From positions 1 through 27,085 of IMG/VR virus record IMGVR_UViG_3300044233_005876: DNA of 27,085 bases; one strand, given 5' to 3'. The notes beneath the pieces are model-generated. The model saw only the letters and a list, made by a program, of their open reading frames with translations, did not search any database and was not told the origin of the DNA. Source of the stretch: a virus (Duplodnaviria; Caudoviricetes). The position numbers and the translations under genes were made by a program. Position 1 is the first letter of the stretch; the number at the start of each line of letters is the position of its first letter. Of this stretch, positions 24,946 to 27,085 are shown one piece after another.

Positions 24946-26516
24946 TAGTCTAAATCCTCATTAAATTTAATATTATCAAAATAATAAGTTTTAATTGCAA
25001 ATATTTTATTAATATATATATCATCTTTTATAAAACTATGCTCAACATTAATTATAAAATATGTACCTAAAAATCTATCATCGAAATTATTTTTAGGTTC
25101 TAAAGTTGAAGTATCAATTGTAATAAATTTACCTGATTTTCTAAACATTTGACCTTTTATAGATATTTCAATACCTAAATTTGACATAATAGTACTTTTA
25201 AGAAGACTGTTTAAACCTTTTGATAATCTTACATTTTCATTACCACTATATAAATTATATACATTTTCATAATTAAAATTTAATTTTTTAAGATTAGTGG
25301 TTATTTGAGAAGGATAAGGTTTTCTTTCTCCTCTCATATTATCAACATAATAATTATTAAATTTTTCTTTTGATTTAATTATGTTACTATCTTTTTGAAA
25401 TACACCAAAAGTTTTATTTTCAAAGTCATATTCATGGACTATTTTGGTATTAACTTTTTCATTTAAAATATCAAAACTAGTATTAAAAAATCTAACATTT
25501 AAAGCTTGACTTTTTTCATTAAATTCAGGGGTATTTTTTGAAGCTTTATTTCCTTGATTATTAATTTTTAAGTTTCCTGCCCCTGTAATAGTTATTTTTT
25601 CTATAGTAAACGTCCCGCTTTGTTCCTGATCATTAGCTCTATCGAAAAAACTTTTAGCATTTATTAAAGTATATTTACCTGTAAAATAATCTTTTTTTAA
25701 TATACAAAAGTCCTTTGCATCTGTATTACTATTATGTAATTCATATAGGTAATTTAAGTCATCTATAGCTTTTTTATAACTATTACTATTGTAATTTACT
25801 ACAGAAGCCCCATTATCAAAATCAATATAGTTAATATTTTTAGAAGAGGAAGATCTATCAATATAAAATATATCTTCATCATTTTGATTTAATGAAAGTT
25901 TCAATAATTCTCTTATCATTATACCTGTATTATTTCCTCTTTCATCATTATCTAAGTTAAATAAAGGAACCCCCGATAAAGAATTACTTTCATTAAAATT
26001 AATAGTATCGATTGAATTAAAATAAACATTTTTTTCCATTAATTTTCTTTCATCTAAATCATATAATTTTATTTTCTTATATAAAGTTCCGTCAATAATA
26101 GTATCTGTATCTTCTACTATAGAAAATAAATTTCTCATTGAAAAAACTGTATTATACTCTATAGATTCTTCTAACTTATATTCTTCCTTTACATCTCTTA
26201 ACGGTATAATTTCTAAAAATAATATATCTCTACCATCACCTCTAAAAGTAAAACCTTTTTGCGGGTTTAATTCAGTTGGAACTGTTTTTTCAATAGCTTG
26301 ATTGTCATTATATAATAATATTTCACCTTTTAAAAAAGGGTCAAATAAATTATCAGTTAATGAAATATTAAAAAGAGCTCCTTTTTGTAAATCTAATCTA
26401 TCTCCATTAGGGTTAATTAATATGGCCCTTATATGATAAAATTGGTTATCAATTTTATATGAATTAGCTTTAGCTTCAAACCCTTGAAGATTATTTAAAA
26501 TATAATCTTTTCTCAT
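24945..26516 (-). CDS. Baseplate hub protein, T4 gp27 / P2 gpD / Mu gp44-like
   Basis: N-terminal ISLTDNLFDPFLKGEILL and C-terminal IEISIKGQMFRKSGKFITI...GTYFIINVEHSF are typical of hub proteins; directly follows gp53. Confidence 0.7.
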   Translation of the reverse strand: MRKDYILNNLQGFEAKANSYKIDNQFYHIRAILINPNGDRLDLQKGALFNISLTDNLFDPFLKGEILLYNDNQAIEKTVPTELNPQKGFTFRGDGRDILFLEIIPLRDVKEEYKLEESIEYNTVFSMRNLFSIVEDTDTIIDGTLYKKIKLYDLDERKLMEKNVYFNSIDTINFNESNSLSGVPLFNLDNDERGNNTGIMIRELLKLSLNQNDEDIFYIDRSSSSKNINYIDFDNGASVVNYNSNSYKKAIDDLNYLYELHNSNTDAKDFCILKKDYFTGKYTLINAKSFFDRANDQEQSGTFTIEKITITGAGNLKINNQGNKASKNTPEFNEKSQALNVRFFNTSFDILNEKVNTKIVHEYDFENKTFGVFQKDSNIIKSKEKFNNYYVDNMRGERKPYPSQITTNLKKLNFNYENVYNLYSGNENVRLSKGLNSLLKSTIMSNLGIEISIKGQMFRKSGKFITIDTSTLEPKNNFDDRFLGTYFIINVEHSFIKDDIYINKIFAIKTYYFDNIKFNEDLD

Positions 26517-26878
26517 TATAGTTGACTTTCTATTGAATCAAGTACTTGACTAACAAATTCAGGTTTCAATAGTCTAATTTTTTGACCCAATGGTAGTTTT
26601 TTTATAGGGTTTACAATATTATTAGATATCATTATTAACCACCATAGATCAATAGTACCGTATGCATTATATGATAAAGTTGTTAAAGGAATACCCGAAG
26701 GTAAAACTATATGATAAAATAGTCTTTCATCTATATTATCAGGTATTGATATTTTTTTGTTAATATTATAATAAAAAAAGTTTTTCTCCCCGGTATTATA
26801 AATTTTAAAAATATTTTCATATCTTGTTAAATTTAAATTCTTTAAATCTATTATATTATTTTGATAATTTCCTTCCAT
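26516..26878 (-). CDS. gp53: Baseplate wedge protein, T4 gp53-like (LysM-like)
   Basis: LTTLSYNAYGTIDLWWLIMISNNIVNP...GQKIRLL is the gp53/LysM signature. Confidence 0.88.
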   Translation of the reverse strand: MEGNYQNNIIDLKNLNLTRYENIFKIYNTGEKNFFYYNINKKISIPDNIDERLFYHIVLPSGIPLTTLSYNAYGTIDLWWLIMISNNIVNPIKKLPLGQKIRLLKPEFVSQVLDSIESQL

Positions 26879-27084
26879 TATAATCCTATAGTTGATGATG
26901 TTATGTTATTTAAAGATGGTTCAGTAGCCCCTCTTTCTCTTACCTTTATAATAGGGTCTCCTAAACTACGAATTAAGAAATTTTTAGTTTCTTTATTTAA
27001 ACCTTCAAAGGATATAGAAACATTATATGCATCTGGTATAATAGAAGATATATTAGTTCTTTCATTTAATGATTCATTTTCACT
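26878..27084 (-). CDS. C-terminal 68 aa of a gene truncated by the window edge, possibly a tail-tube initiator (gp48/gp54-like)
   Basis: Translated by hand: SENESLNERTNISSIIPDAYNVSISFEGLNKETKNFLIRSLGDPIIKVRERGATEPSLNNITSSTIGL*. Its stop overlaps the gp53 ATG (TAATG). P...V.ISF.. resembles the last strand of tube-fold proteins. Not in the ORF track. Confidence 0.55.
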   Translation of the reverse strand, partial: SENESLNERTNISSIIPDAYNVSISFEGLNKETKNFLIRSLGDPIIKVRERGATEPSLNNITSSTIGL

Positions 27085-27085
27085 T

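Noticed and set aside
1-27085. Bacterial T6SS, eCIS or tailocin locus instead of a phage
   Set aside because: A gp44-type clamp loader, dUTPase, T4-type gp6/gp53, late-promoter motifs and the absence of cellular genes point to a lytic phage genome.
1-27085. Stop-codon reassignment
   Set aside because: Coding density is near complete in the standard code, and TAG (8391, 22830) and TGA (15370) end genes at sensible positions.
1-27085. CRISPR array, tRNA, diversity-generating retroelement or invertible fibre cassette
   Set aside because: Intergenic gaps are under 100 nt. I saw no regular repeats, cloverleaf, reverse transcriptase, recombinase or adenine-variable repeat pair, though a by-eye scan could miss a short one.

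Overview
Very AT-rich (roughly 25% GC by eye), almost fully coding fragment of a large T4-like contractile-tailed phage genome, standard genetic code. The + strand carries the 3' part of a gp5-like central spike, a 1092-aa orphan, gp25, gp6 and a PKD-domain protein. A long minus-strand block follows: a cupredoxin-like protein, a Nal1/trypsin-like protease split by a ~560-aa insert, a Calx-beta-like protein, a 1322-aa orphan, an NHL-repeat protein and two S74-chaperone fibres. Next come a clamp loader, an unannotated 36-aa basic peptide, a dUTPase, a possible small terminase and a second baseplate block (partial tube-initiator-like gene, gp53, gp27-like hub). The most unusual signals are four. 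(1) A strong protein-level enrichment of the tripeptide L-S-[A/G], confined to accessory virion proteins (candidate modification or processing sequon). (2) The split serine protease with an intact catalytic triad. (3) An expression architecture with no Shine-Dalgarno sites, where every gene start is either 4-10 nt from a -10-type box or coupled to the upstream stop. (4) All three convergent gene pairs share one TTAA as their two stop codons. All family calls come from motif recognition by eye, not database searches.
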